From Phaeosaccion multiseriatum (Eukaryota; Protista; Ochrophyta, other classes), in NCBI GenBank assembly GCA_965112735.1, contig OZ218956.1:186001-250000 (forward strand): a DNA stretch of 64,000 bases, read 5' to 3'. Positions within the stretch are counted from its first letter, which is position 1. The number at the start of each line of letters is the position of its first letter. The notes below the pieces were generated by a model. That model was not told the DNA's origin and did no database searches. It worked only from the letters and a program-made list of their open reading frames with translations. Position numbers and translations under genes: made by a program. Positions 29,201-41,192 of this stretch are shown here, piece after piece.

Positions 29201-32200
29201 ATCTGCTGCCTTCTCCTTCCTGGGCAGGGGCAGCAGCAGTCCTCCCCTCCTGCTGTGGTGCCGACAGGACCAGGGCCAGCGTCTCCCCGCGGCCCGAGCA
29301 CTCACACTCATACTGACGCTCACATTGACACTCGCATTGAAACTCACACTCGCGCCGTCCCTCCAGCAGCACTCGATCCGCCCGACCCTTCACTCGTACC
29401 TCAAGCCCCACCCCCGGGGGACCCATTCCAGCCCCCACCTCCACCCCTGGAGGGGCAGCTTCCACCGCCGACGCCTGCAAGAGGGCGTAGCTGCGGCAAT
29501 GGCTTGTGCTGCCACCCTCGGGACGCTCCACCTGCTCCTGCTGCTCCTGCTGCTGCTGCTGCTCCTGCTGCTGCTCTGACTGCTGCTCTGACTGCTGCCC
29601 CACCGTCGCCGGAGTCTCTGCCCCGCTTCGGTCGTCATCGTCGTCGTCGCCGTCGATTTGCCCTGCCAGCGGGAAGCACAGCGTCTGCCCACACAAGGAG
29701 ATGTGCAGCATGGTGGGCATGTCCCCCTCCTCCTCCCCGCCAGCCCGCTCCACTCCCTCCAGCTCGAGCGTGTACAGCTCGAGCTGCACGAGACCACCCC
29801 CCCCAGCGATGCCGAGACCACCCCCCCCAATGACACCGTCCCCCACGCCCAGCGGCTGGCCTGGTGGCTGGTTGCGGCTGAGCGCCTGGCTGCTGGGCGT
29901 TGAAGCAGCCTCTCTCTGTCTATGCCTCTGCTCGCCAATGGAGGTCCCCTCGCCGCCCACGTCAACAACACCCCCGCCCCCGCCCCTCTCGCTCTCGCTC
30001 TCGCTCTCCCTGCCTCTCCTCCTTCTGCGGCCCCGCCCCGCTCCTTGGCGTTGGTGCGGTCCCCACTTGACGCTGGAGCCGGCGTCGAAGCTGAGCTTGC
30101 ACGGCAGGACAAGCGCTTTGGATTCTGCGGCGCGGAGGCGGTGGCCCAGCCAGGTGCGCGACAGGGCCTCTGAGGAGCACGTTGGTGATACGAGGCTCAC
30201 AAATGGTGACGAATCCAGCTCGTCCCCGTCCATGCCGCTGCTATCAATACCGCTGCCCAGGCCGTTCCTCACGCTCTCTGTCTCCGCCTCCTCTGCTGCT
30301 GTGCTGCTGCCTTCGCGTCTGCTTCCGTCTGCGTGCAGAGAGAAAGAAGAGGAGCGGCCGCCTTCCCTCTCCGGGGCTCCTCTGCTGCTGCCGCCGATGC
30401 TGCTGGCGCCTCTCTCGGCTTTGCTCCGCTCCATCGACGCCTGCCGAGAGCGGCGCCTTCGGACGACAGCCCCCCCACGGGGAGGAGAGCGGTGGTGGGG
30501 ATGAAGGTGGGGGTGTGCGTGCTTGTCGAACAGACAGGGCACCACAGCAAGGCGCTTGAGGTCAATCATCGCGCTCTCCAGGGAGGGGGTGGAGGAGGCT
30601 GCCAAGCTGCCCGAGCTCTGCAGGGCGAGCACGTTCCAGTCACTGCTCTCAAGCCCTTCTACTGTCCTGACACCAGGCCCTTGCCGCTGTGGCTGCGCAA
30701 CGGCTGCTTGGGGGGGTTGCTTGCTGGACACCTGCATGCGGGAGGCAAGCAAAGCAGTTAGTAAAGCAGATGGTCGTTCGTTCGGTCAGTGAGTGCTATC
30801 CCTTCACAGAGAGGACAGACGAAGGAGAGGCAGGGGGTCAACACCTCTGCACCATGCAGAGAGCAGCCACAAGATACGCTGCCCCTCACCATCCACTGCC
30901 ATCCCCTCCCCTGCCCCTCACCATGCACTGCCATCCCCTCCCCTGCCCCTCACCATCCACTGCCATGCCCTCCCCTGCCCCTCACCATCCACTACCATCC
31001 CCTCCCCTGCCCCTCACCATCCACTGCCATCCCCTCCCCTGCCCCTCACCATCCACTGCCATCCCCTCCCCTGCCCCTCACATCCACTGCCATCCCCTCC
31101 CCTGCCCCTCACCATCCACTGCCATCCCCTCCCCTGCCCCTCACCATCCACTGCCATCCCCTCCCCTGCCCCTCACCATCCACTACCATCCCCTCCCCTG
31201 CCCCTCACCATCCACTGCCATCCCCTCCCCTGCCCCTCACCATCCACTACCATCCCCTCCCCTCCCCCTCCATCCACTGCCATCCCCCACCTGGCTCACG
31301 ACAACGAACTCCGCCCTCATGAGCTGTACCCTGACGGAGAGCCTCCGCCCCTTGAGGAACAGGAAGTTGCAAGTGTCCACGCTCGAGCGCACCCGTGCCG
31401 TCTCTCTCCTCTCTCTCTCCAGCGCGTCCATCCCGGGCCCTGCGACTGTACCGCTCGAGCCTCTATCCGTAGCCGCTGCCCCCGGCTCTCCTTCTGCCAC
31501 TGCCCCCACTACCCCCAGCTGCGCCTGCTCCTTTGCCTGCTCGCCCCGCCGTTCGGACTCCCGCTCCTCCTCCAACCTACCCTCCCGCTCCTCCTCCAAC
31601 CTACCCTCCCGCTGCTCCTCGAGCTCTTGAGTGCCCCCCAATGACGCTGCGCTTAGACTATCGCTGCGCACGCTTTGCACGCTCCCGCCCTCCAAGTTGG
31701 CCTGGTTGGGCGTCTGGTTGGGAGTGTAAGCAGCCGTCGGCTGAGTAGGACCCCCCCCCGAGGCGCGCCGCCGCAGCAAGGGAGTCCCGTCCCTCTGAGC
31801 CTCCACCCTCCCCCCCTTCCCCTTCCCCTTCCCCTTCCCCTCCTCCTCCTTCTCTTCCTCCAACAGCACGTCATTGCTCAGCCCCTCAAGCACCGCTGAC
31901 AGACGTGCAGACGGCTCCTTCCCTGGCCCGGCAACATCATGGCAAGGTGGTGCTTCAGCAGCCGCGGCATCTGTGAGTGCTTCCTCCCGTTCCTCCTGTT
32001 GCTCTAGTTCACCTCTGCCCTCCCCCGGAGCTTGTGTGCCTTCCCTGCCACCTGGCCCATGCCCCGCCCGTTCGCAGCCGGGGTCCTCAATAGCCACGCC
32101 ATGTGGTGACTCAGTAGCCACCGCATCCGTGAGTGCTGAAGCTCCGTCCCCTGGTGGAGGAGAAGGTGCTGGATGGAGCAACGCCCCTGTCCCTACCGTG

Positions 32201-32330
32201 GAGGCATCTCTCTCCCTCTCCCTATCCCTCTTGTCTTGGTCCACCTTGTGCACTTTGGGCCACTGGAAAGTTGGGTATTCGCCTCCCGCCGCCCAGCGAC
32301 GCCTTCGGGAGGGGGAAGAAGTCACGCACG

Positions 32331-32365
<35 letters not shown>

Positions 32366-33593
32366 ATACATATACACAAATACATATACATGCACAAATA
32401 CACATATAAATACACACATATAGACACACATACACAAATACACACATACATACACACATATACGACAAGAACAAGGAGCTGAGGACCGGAAAAAGACAAG
32501 GCACAGGAGAGGTGGATGTACGCACGCACGCACGCACGCACGCAGGTACGCACGCATAGCCACACACACATAAATACTCACTTACTGACTCCCTGACTGA
32601 CTGACTGACCGACTGACTGACTGACATACCTGAAGCTGTCTGCGATGATTCCGGCGAGGCGCAGCGTCTCAGCAGCGTGCAAGGAGGTGCGCACGTCCGT
32701 GAGGCCGAGGGAGAGCGCCATGGAGTAGTCGCTCCACAGAGAGAAGCAACCCTGCAGCAAGGCGTCTTCCTCCTCCTCCTCTTCCTCCTCCTCCCCCTCC
32801 TCCCTTCCGTCCTTGTTGCCGCCCTCGCCGCCCCTGCCCGACTGCTGCTGCGGCAGCAAGAGGAGGGAGACGGGAGAAGGAAAGTGGAAGGCAGGCAGAA
32901 GTGGGATCAGGAAGTGCAGGCAGAAGTGGAATCAGGAAGTAGTAGCAGTAGTTGCGGCTGCAAGGATGGGTGTTCAGACGGCCAAACATTCAACATTGAC
33001 ATATCTCTCCTCCTCCTCCTCCTCTGGGAGCTTCTTTCTCTGCATGCGAAGCACTCAACGACAGCTCCATCCACTGCCATCCACTGCCATCCACTGCCAT
33101 CCACTGCCATCCACTGCCATGCTTCTTACTTGCGGGGCGGGGCCGGGGCCGCTGCGGCGATGGCACTGGACGGGGTCTATGAGACACGATATGGCGGGCC
33201 CCTGTCCCTGCCCCTGCCCCAAGCAATGTCCTCCATGGCCTTCCAACAGGAGGATGGGGTGGGACATCGCCAGCTTGCTCTGAGACAGACAGATGGCAGT
33301 GGATGGGCAGGGGGGATGGCAATGGATGGGGGGTGGTGAGGGCCTGTGTTGCGATGCTTGCGTACTTGCTTACACCCCCCCCACTTGCCTGCATCCAGGG
33401 CAGCGTTGGCTCCCCCTCCATGCCGGTAGCGGAAACACTCCACTTCCTCTGAGAGGCCGCTGAGCGGGAGATGAAGAGGCGGTAGCTGCCCACCCAGCGG
33501 GACGACAGCAGAGTCGCCTGAAGGATGGCAATGGACAGACGACAAGGAACGAGGGGAGATGGACGAGGTGAGGCGGGCGTGGGAGGGGTGCAG

Positions 33594-33679
<86 letters not shown>

Positions 33680-34692
33680 ATACGTTATGATCATGTCAAA
33701 GGGTGGGGGGTAGCAGCGACGACGGCGCACAACACAAAGCGGGATGCAGGACCACCGAAGCACCGACCCGCCTTCCTCACTGCCGTATCACCAACTGCCG
33801 CACCGTACCTCCAGTGGAGCGCGGAAGGCGTGGGCCTGCTCCTGCTGCGACTGGTTGGGTCCCGCCCCCCTCCCAAACAGCTGCACCTGCAGCCCTTCCA
33901 GCACCACCTCCTGAATGAAAATCTCCCTGAGGTGCGTGCTCTTCTCCCACGCAGACAGCCGCAATCTCATGACGTGTCTGGCGAAGTCGAGGCCTGCAAG
34001 GAAGGCCGGAGAGGCCGGGGACAGCCCCTCCAGCACCGACATGTCGATGACGTCATCCTTCATCCCCATCCCGCCATCGGAAACCTCTGATGAGGATGGT
34101 GCCTCCACCCTCGGGAAGTGCCAGCCCCTTGCTTGCTTGCGGAGGAGAATCATCTCGCCGAAGGTCATGTTCTGGGCAGAAACCGGAGAGGGGGGGGGTG
34201 GGCGCGTTGGTGAGTGAGTGAGTGAGTGAGTGAGGGAGGGAAGGAAAGAGGGAGGGAGGGAGGGAGGGAAGGAAAGAGGGAGGGAGGGAGGGAGGGAGGG
34301 AGGGAGGGAGGGAGGGAGGGAGGGAGGGAGGGAGAAAGGGAGGGAGGGAGGGAGGGAGGGAGGGAGGGAGGGAAGGAGGGAGGGAAGGAGGGAGGGAAGG
34401 AGGGAGGGAAGGAGGGAGGGAAGGAGGGAAGGAGATCTCATCCGGCCCGCCCAATCCTCTCATGTGCCTGTCACGGCGGTACGCCTGCCATGCCCATACA
34501 CCTCTCACCTCCTCCAGCTCGTCCAACACGTCCTTCCTCCTGCGCAGGGCCGCCCTCCGCATGCTTGACACCTCACGCCGGCTGCCGAAGGCCTGCACAT
34601 ACCTGAGTGGGGGAAGGGGGGGGGATGAAGGTCGGTCTATACCAGAAATCCACTAGGGGGGGTAACAAGCATCGCCACGGAAAGAGACAGAG

Positions 34693-34724
<32 letters not shown>

Positions 34725-35150
34725 GACAGCCCCTCCTGCTTGTCCCTCGCTCCCTTCCCATGAGCCCCCCTCCCCCTCCCTCCCTCCCTCCCTCCCTCCC
34801 TCCACGCACTGCCGCCCCGAAGCCCCACCTCTCTACCCCCCGACACAGGAGGTCCTACTGACACACTGAAACTGAAACTGACCTGGCCCTCTGGCTGGTG
34901 GTGAGTGGCCTCGTCCTTGACTGCGAGAGGTCTCTGAGCTTAGCCTTCCACATGGAGTACTTTCCCGGGCAGAAGGTGCCCAGGCAGCTGAACAGGAAGC
35001 TCCGCATCTGGTTGGCTTGCACGCGGAAGCGCACCTATAGCAGCGTTGGTGATCCATCAGCAGAAGGAGCAAAAGTAGTGACGCCCAGTTAGCAGTTAGC
35101 AAGAAAAACATGTTAGTGAGCACAAGTCCCTAGGCAACAAGTAATTACGA

Positions 35151-35195
<45 letters not shown>

Positions 35196-35326
35196 TGTAA
35201 GTAGGGTGGGCGTCGGTGATCCATCGCAGAAGGAGCAGCGATAGTGTGTGACAACGTTAGCAGCAGCAAGTATGAGGTAAGTGAGAGTAAAGAAGTATAC
35301 GAAGTTAGGAAGTAAGAAAGAAGTAC

Positions 35327-35357
<31 letters not shown>

Positions 35358-35690
35358 GAGTGGACGACTCTCTATGAGTCCCTCTGCCCCGCGCGTACGT
35401 ACACACCACCCACCTGACCGAAGTGCCCCCTCGTCCTCAGGCGCTTGCCCCTGCCCCCAGGCGTCACTATTGTGTTGAGCAGGAGCGTGCGGAATATGTC
35501 AGGGAACTCGAACACGAATCTTCCCTCCGCAACCGTCAGGGCTGGGAACTGCGGACTCCGGCTCCCCTCCTCCTCCTCCTCCTCCTCCTCCTCCTCCTCC
35601 TGCTGCTGCTGCTGCTGCTGCTGCTCCCCCTCCTGCTGCTGCCCCTCCTGCTGCTGCCCCTTCTCCTCCTCCTCCCCCTCCTCCTCCTCA

Positions 35691-35731
<41 letters not shown>

Positions 35732-36843
35732 GGCCGAAGGCGTGGCCGTGCGCGTGCGTGGGAGCAGCGGGTCCACGTAGAAGCAGAGTCCTTCGATGCT
35801 CACCACGTGCGGAGTGGCCCCGAGGCTGTCCTTATCCCTCATGGCCAGGTCAGACCGGCACGACACCGCCGCCAACACGAGGCCGAAGCTGTGGCCGAAG
35901 ACGCGGTCCTCCACTCGCCAGTGCAGGTCTGTGACTGTGAAGACAAGGTGGTTGATGAGGCTATCCACAATGAAGCCCCACCTCTTGAGGCGCCGTCCGT
36001 AGGTGCCTTCGATGAGGTGCGTCACGTAGTCTGCGTCCCAACGCCGGAACATGGATGCCTTCTTGTAGTAGCGGCTTCAGTCAGAGAGAGAGAGAGAGAG
36101 AGAGAGGCGCAAGAGATAGGAGGCAAGGGGGCAGGGAGGGCGACACGAATGGACGGGATGGGCGATGCAAGTAAACGTGAGACATGAGTCGGATTCCCCT
36201 CAAGAGCTGAGTACCAAGGAAAGGAGTGGCAGTTGGCAGCAGGGCCCGTCCTATCCCGTTCCCATCCCATCTATAGCGCCCACACTCACTCCTCGTTCCA
36301 CTCGTCCTCGTGCGTGCGTCTCCCGCTGAGCATGACTCCATCGAGCGTGGCGATGAAAGAGCCCTGCCTCCATAGCCGGAAGGGGCTCAGCACCGCGCAC
36401 ACGCTGCGCACCGTGCAGCGCTCCACTTTGAGCGGGATACCCCTGTGCATGTACTCGTTCACCAGGGACTCCTGGACCCAGTCGGACACCACCACATCTC
36501 GCAGAAGCAGCTCCGGCCATGAGAAAGACAAGTAGCTCCTCCACGCTGGGCCTGCTGCATCCGTCCCAGGCCACAGCAGCTCCAGCGTGAGCCCCTCGTC
36601 CATACATAACAGCCTCGACTTACGCACCACCCACAGCAAGGCGGCACAGAGCCGTTGCTGAGCCGCAGCCGGACGGAGTTTAAAGAACAGAGCCAGTCCA
36701 AGCAAGATCAAAAGGGGAAAGAGGAGGAGGAGCAGGCCTGCCAGCCGCCACAGAGAGCGCGGCCCAGAGATCAGGGGCAGCACACACGCCGCAGCAGCCA
36801 CAGCCACGCTGGCTGCTGCTTCTCTCCTCGGCAAGCCCGTCAT
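9651..36843 (-). CDS. VPS13: VPS13-family (bridge-like lipid transfer) protein, many exons; exon structure only partly resolved
   Basis: 5' exons 36290-36843, 35414-36074, 34883-35034, 34509-34602, 33809-34171 are phase-consistent and chorein-like ([28 protein letters not shown]). Also [17 protein letters not shown]-like repeats ([64 protein letters not shown]), [16 protein letters not shown], and C-terminal [21 protein letters not shown] and [50 protein letters not shown] (ATG2_C-like). Last exon is inferred to end at 9651. Confidence 0.88.
16111..16322. repeat. 15-bp minisatellite (ctatcctgacaccag) x ~14
   Basis: Direct reading; VPS13 intron. Confidence 0.95.
16888..17236. repeat. (GACA)n intronic microsatellite
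   Basis: Direct reading; VPS13 intron. Confidence 0.95.
23390..23555. repeat. ~15-bp GGCATA(T/G)GGGCAGA tandem repeat
   Basis: Direct reading; VPS13 intron. Confidence 0.9.
24195..24551. repeat. (CA)n-type intronic microsatellite
   Basis: Direct reading. Similar tracts at ~1320, ~11990, ~26150, ~33595 and ~48175. Confidence 0.95.
27500..27768. repeat. 30/42-bp minisatellite (agtagaggggacatgttagttagtacgaca) x ~8
   Basis: Two 42-bp units followed by ~six 30-bp units, in a VPS13 intron. Confidence 0.9.
30880..31290. repeat. ~32-bp minisatellite built on CCATCCACTGCCATCCCCTCCCCTGCCCCTCA
   Basis: Direct reading; VPS13 intron. Confidence 0.9.
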
Positions 36844-36984
36844 TGCATGGACTTTGGGACGCCTAATTACAAAAATAAGAAGAGGGCTGGATACGACACA
36901 GCTTTCCACTGCCATCGCAGCCTTTAACAACCAAAGCACGATACCTTCCTCTTCTCTCTCCTTGGTTCTTGGTTCCTCAATACC
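36844..36984. promoter_or_regulatory. Putative bidirectional promoter/5' UTR region between divergent ATGs (VPS13 and dead GT90 copy)
   Basis: Only ~140 bp separate the minus-strand ATG (36843) and plus-strand ATG (36985). The paralogous spacer is 46551-46678. Confidence 0.55.
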
Positions 36985-37142
36985 ATGTCGACAGCTCTTT
37001 CCTCCTGCCCCGCCGCTGTGCTTGCGAGGCCTCTATGACAAAGAGGCCTCAGATCCCGAGCTGCTTGGAAAGGAGCTGGACAACTCCATGTTCTCAGACC
37101 CGACCTTCGACATAAGGACGACTGCGTGGAGTTCGTCAAGAG
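36985..37142 (+). pseudogene. Dead copy of GT90 exon 1
   Basis: Compared with 46679-46860 it has a +1 T at codon 5 (gctctttcct vs gctcttcct) and a ~24-bp deletion removing LPQKGFLR. No downstream exons follow. Confidence 0.9.
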
Positions 37143-39206
37143 GTGAGTGCCATTGGGCCTCGGTGCGTGTTGCCTAAGTACTGCTGCTGCTGCTGCGGCG
37201 GCGGCTGGTGGTGGTACTGCTTTCTCTTCCTTGTTGATTTCTTGCACTTGCTTGCACGCCCCACAGGCAGCGAGCGGAAGCTTGTTTCTCACACCGGCCG
37301 GCGACGGATCTTTGTTGTGCCCATGCAGGGTGACCCGGCGGGACAAGCTTCTGGCTGGGCTTACTTCCAGCGGGCATGGAGTCAGAGCCTTGAGGGGCTC
37401 GCGGTATGAACACGCAGTGGGCTGGCTGGCTCCCCTTCGCTTCAACACTCGAGCAGGGGCCGCGAGGGACTCCAGACATGTTCGGCTTTCAGCTTCCTTC
37501 CCAGCCCGGCGGCGGTGACAGGCGAGCGACTAGGAGGGGACTGAGGATTTGCCTCCCTTGCCATTCATGGGCGAAGTTTTAAAGGCAGTAAGAAGCAGGT
37601 TTTGTTGTGCCTTAGCTACTTTGCTCCACCTCGGTGTGTCATCCTGCCCAAGAGGGGGAGATGTAGACTGCCGTCCGGCAGCTAGCCCTAAGCCACCAAG
37701 GAACAGCCAAGCTGTGCACAAGGCCACACGCGTCACTGCATCTAGAGGTGTGAAGCGTTACGGAGTGTCATGATGATGCTGAGCCAAGACGGGGAGGCAG
37801 GGACCGCCCCTGAGCGTTCGGCAGCCTGTGGGGCGCTCGAAGATGGGAAGTAGCGAGGAGGGAGGAGGGAGACTCCGGCTCGAGCGACGACATGAGCTCG
37901 ACTGGCTGCACCTCGCCCAGCCAATTCACGCATTCCCACGAAGGCAGGGAAGGGCCTCTCCATTCTGCCGCTCCTCCCAGGAGACAACAGAAGGCAGCCA
38001 GGATGGGGAGGAGGAGCGAGCTGGGGACAGGAGGGACAGGATGGGGAGGAGATGCCCAGTCAAACCGAGCAAGGGACAGGAGGCATATGGGCAAGCCGCT
38101 GCCCGGATTGAGGCGGCTGTACAAGTAGAAGGGACACCAAGCCTCTAGGCCGGCCGGGGCTGCTTCCGACTGGCTGGAGCGGAGCGCCCTGTGGAGCCCT
38201 CACTGGCCACGAGGAAGCTGGGCGGAGGGGGCGGATGGTCACGCGCTCGACACCGCTACAGCCGAGAACGATGGGAGATTGCAGTAGCCCCCCCCCAGGC
38301 AGGCCACAGCTCTTAACTGAAATTTCATTTGGATAAGACATGCTGCATTATGTGGTTTGCTCACCACTCCCACGTTGCTGTCTGTCTACTCTGCCCTATC
38401 CGCACCTACTCCCTAAAACTATTCATTTTTAATTATCAATTAATTACTTCCTTACCGTACCATGAATACGAGATACGCTTGGGCAGCTGCACCTCATCCC
38501 CCGCCCTCTTGTTGGTGGCACGACAGCGGCTGGCTGGGCTGCTCCTCCCCTTGCCCTTCCTCTGCCCACGTGCAGCGGCGGCAGGGCGCGAGGCGGTGTG
38601 CCTGCCTCTGAAGACAGCGAGTGAAGGCAACACTTGCACTGCCCCCCTACGGGCAAGGGGTGGCAGAAAGAGTAGAGCAGGGCATAGCTAGGAGAGAGGT
38701 GCAGGGCACGGCAGGGCAGAGCAGGGCAGAACAGACAGCGGTACATACGAGGCCGAGCACGCACCGCGCCTGCTCGACTCGCTCATTCCCTGGACTCACC
38801 AACTTACTCACCTGCTCGCTCGGCCTGCGAAGTTGCCTGCCGCGTTGATGACGAGGGAGGGGGGAGGTGTGAAGAGTCCAGTCCCGCCGTCGACTGCCAT
38901 CCCCCTGCCCCTCTCTGCCGCCCTCCTCCTCCTCCTCCTCCTCCTCCTCCTCCTCCTCCTCCTCCTCCTCCTCCTCCTCCTCCTCCTCGCTCCTCGCTCC
39001 TCCCCCTCTCCTTAACTCCGCCACCACGCAAGATCGTTGCTCCATGGTGGGGAGAGTGGTAGGGGGCGCCGAGCGTGGGTGTGCTGTAGGCTATAACCAA
39101 AGGGCCTGCTGGCACCGAGGTCTCTTCTACTTCTGCTCACCTAATACTCCAGAAGGGCAGAGCAGAGCACAAGATCGTTGCTCCATGCTGGTGGGGAACT
39201 GTAGTG

Positions 39207-40386
39207 TCGGCTCCAGACTGGCCTAGAAGCCTATGCCCTAGGCCGGCCATTTTCTCTCCCTCTAGGCCGGCGGTTCTAGGCCTAGGCCTCGACCCTGGAT
39301 AAGAATATCTGATTACTGATTACGGCCGGCGCAGCCGGCCTGATCACTGATTATGACCAGCGCCAGCCGGCCTGATTACTGATGATGCGCCAGCCGGGGG
39401 CTGATTACTCATTACGGCCGGGGGGCACACCGGAATCTTGTCCAGGGTCGAAGGGAGGGAGGGAGGGAGGGAGGGAGGGAGGGAGGGAGGGAGGGAGGGA
39501 GGGAAGGAGGGAGAGAGGGAGGGAGGGAGGGAGGGAGGGAGGGAGGGAGGGAGGGAGGGAGAAAGGGAGGGAGGGAGGGAGGGAGGGAGGGAGAAGGGAG
39601 GGAGGGAGGGAGGGAGGGAGGGAGGGAGGGAGGGAGGGAGGAAAGGAGGGAGGGAGCGAGGGAGCGAGGGAGGGAGGGAGGGAGGGACGGAGGGACGGAG
39701 GGAGGGAGGGAGGGAGGGAGGGAGGGAGGGAGGGAGGGCGGGAAGGAGGGAGGGAGGAGGGAGGGAGGGAGGGCAGGAGAGAAGGAGGGAGGGAGGGAGA
39801 AAGGGAGGGAGGGAGGGGAGGGAGGGAGGGAGGGAGGGACGGAGGGAGGGAGGGAGGGAGGGAGGGAGGGAGGGAGGGAGGGAGGGAGGGAGGGAGGGAG
39901 GGAGGGAGGGAGGGAGGGAGGGAGGGAGGGAGGGAGGGAGGGAGGGAGGGAGGGAGGGAGGGAGGGAGGGAGGGAGGGAGGGAGGGAGGGAGGGAGGGAG
40001 GGAGGGAGGGAGGGAGGGAGGGAGGGAGGGAGGCAGGGAGGCAGGGAGGGAGGGAGGGAGGGAGGGAGGGAGGGAGGGAGGGAGGGAGGGAGGGAGGGAG
40101 GGAGGGAGGGAGGGAGGGAGGGAGGGAGGGAGGGAGGGAGGGAGGGAGGGAGGGAGGGAGGGAGGGAGGGAGGGAGGGAGGGAGGGAGGAAGGGAGGGAG
40201 GGAGGTGCGCCAGCCGGGGGCTGATTACTGATTACGGCCGGCGCACACCGTAATCTTGTCCAGGGTCGAAAGGCCTAGGCCGGGGGGGCTGCGCCAAAAA
40301 TAGGCCTAGGCCGTGGGCCTCCGGCCCCCTCTAGGCCGGCCGAATTTCGTCTCTAGGCCTAGGCTTCTAGGCCAGTCTGGGGCCGA
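39207..40386. mobile_element. Non-autonomous TIR DNA transposon (MITE-like), 27-bp TIRs, 6-bp TSD GTAGTG
   Basis: Left TIR tcggctccagactggcctagaagccta (39207-39233) is the reverse complement of 40360-40386 with 1 mismatch. GTAGTG lies at 39201-39206 and 40387-40392. Subterminal CTAGGCC and CTGATTACTGATTACGGCCGG repeats; no transposase ORF. Confidence 0.85.
39453..40204. repeat. (GGGA)n tract of ~750 bp inside the TIR element
   Basis: Direct reading; flanked by ~65-bp direct repeats at ~39386-39452 and ~40207-40270. Confidence 0.95.
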
Positions 40387-41192
40387 GTAGTGTGCAACCA
40401 CCGCTCAGCGCCTCCACCAAGAGGGCCTGGCGCCGAGTATTCTAGTAGATCAGGGCAGAGTAGAGCAGAGCAGGGCAGAGCAGAGCAGAGCAGGGCAGAG
40501 CAGGGCAGGGCAGAGGGCGGAGCAGAGCAAATAGCTACTATACCAAGCTAAACCTTTGCTTCCTCTTTGCTTCCTCCCCCTTCTCCGCTTACCTTCAGGC
40601 GACTCCTGCACTGCCGGTGAGACTTCTCCGGATCCCGCCACAATGGCGCGGCCCCGCCTCAGGACAGAGCACCGCAGGGCAGAGCAAAGCAAGACCGCTT
40701 CGTCCCACTACTCCGCTCACCTTCAGGAGGCTCCGGCACTGCCGGCGAGATTGCTCTCTATCCCACCACAATGGCTCAAGAGCGAGAAGTGCGCAACTCA
40801 GCCTTCCCCCCCCCCCCTCTTTCTCCTTTATGATGCGCCTTCATTCCTTCAGCAGCAGCGCCAACATCGTCAATTCCTGCGCCTCTGCTGTCGTCCCTCG
40901 CCGCCTTCTCCACCTGCTTTTGTCGCTGCCCTCCGTGCATCCCCGGAAGGAGCATGGCAAGGAGGGGGTGGTGCCACTGATACCCGAGTAGTAGCAGCAT
41001 TACCTTATCAAGGAGAAATGATATTATAGAAAAGGGGAAGGAGAAGCGCCTCTCTCCACATTGGGAAAGTGGTTGTCCAGCTTTCCGGCTTGGCAGCAGC
41101 TGTTCCCGCGAGAAGGGAGATCACGCGAGATTGTATCTGCTTCCCCAAAGTCACTTCAGTAGCAGCCTCAGCAAGAAGAAAAGCGGTGGGTG

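Larger units (their letters stand above)
36180..37223. repeat. Left copy of ~1 kb direct segmental duplication (VPS13 exon 1 + bidirectional promoter + GT90 exon 1)
   Basis: Alignable by eye with 45893-46937 over its whole length, e.g. the same [20 protein letters not shown] and CLRGLYDKEASDPELLGKELDNSMFSDP coding stretches. The left boundary is approximate. Confidence 0.95.

Noticed and set aside
37530-37736. 68-aa ORF with a signal-peptide-like start
   Set aside because: Non-ATG start, short, and no recognisable homology or exon partners.
39382-40253. 280-aa and 271-aa GGRE-repeat ORFs
   Set aside because: Translations of the (GGGA)n tract.
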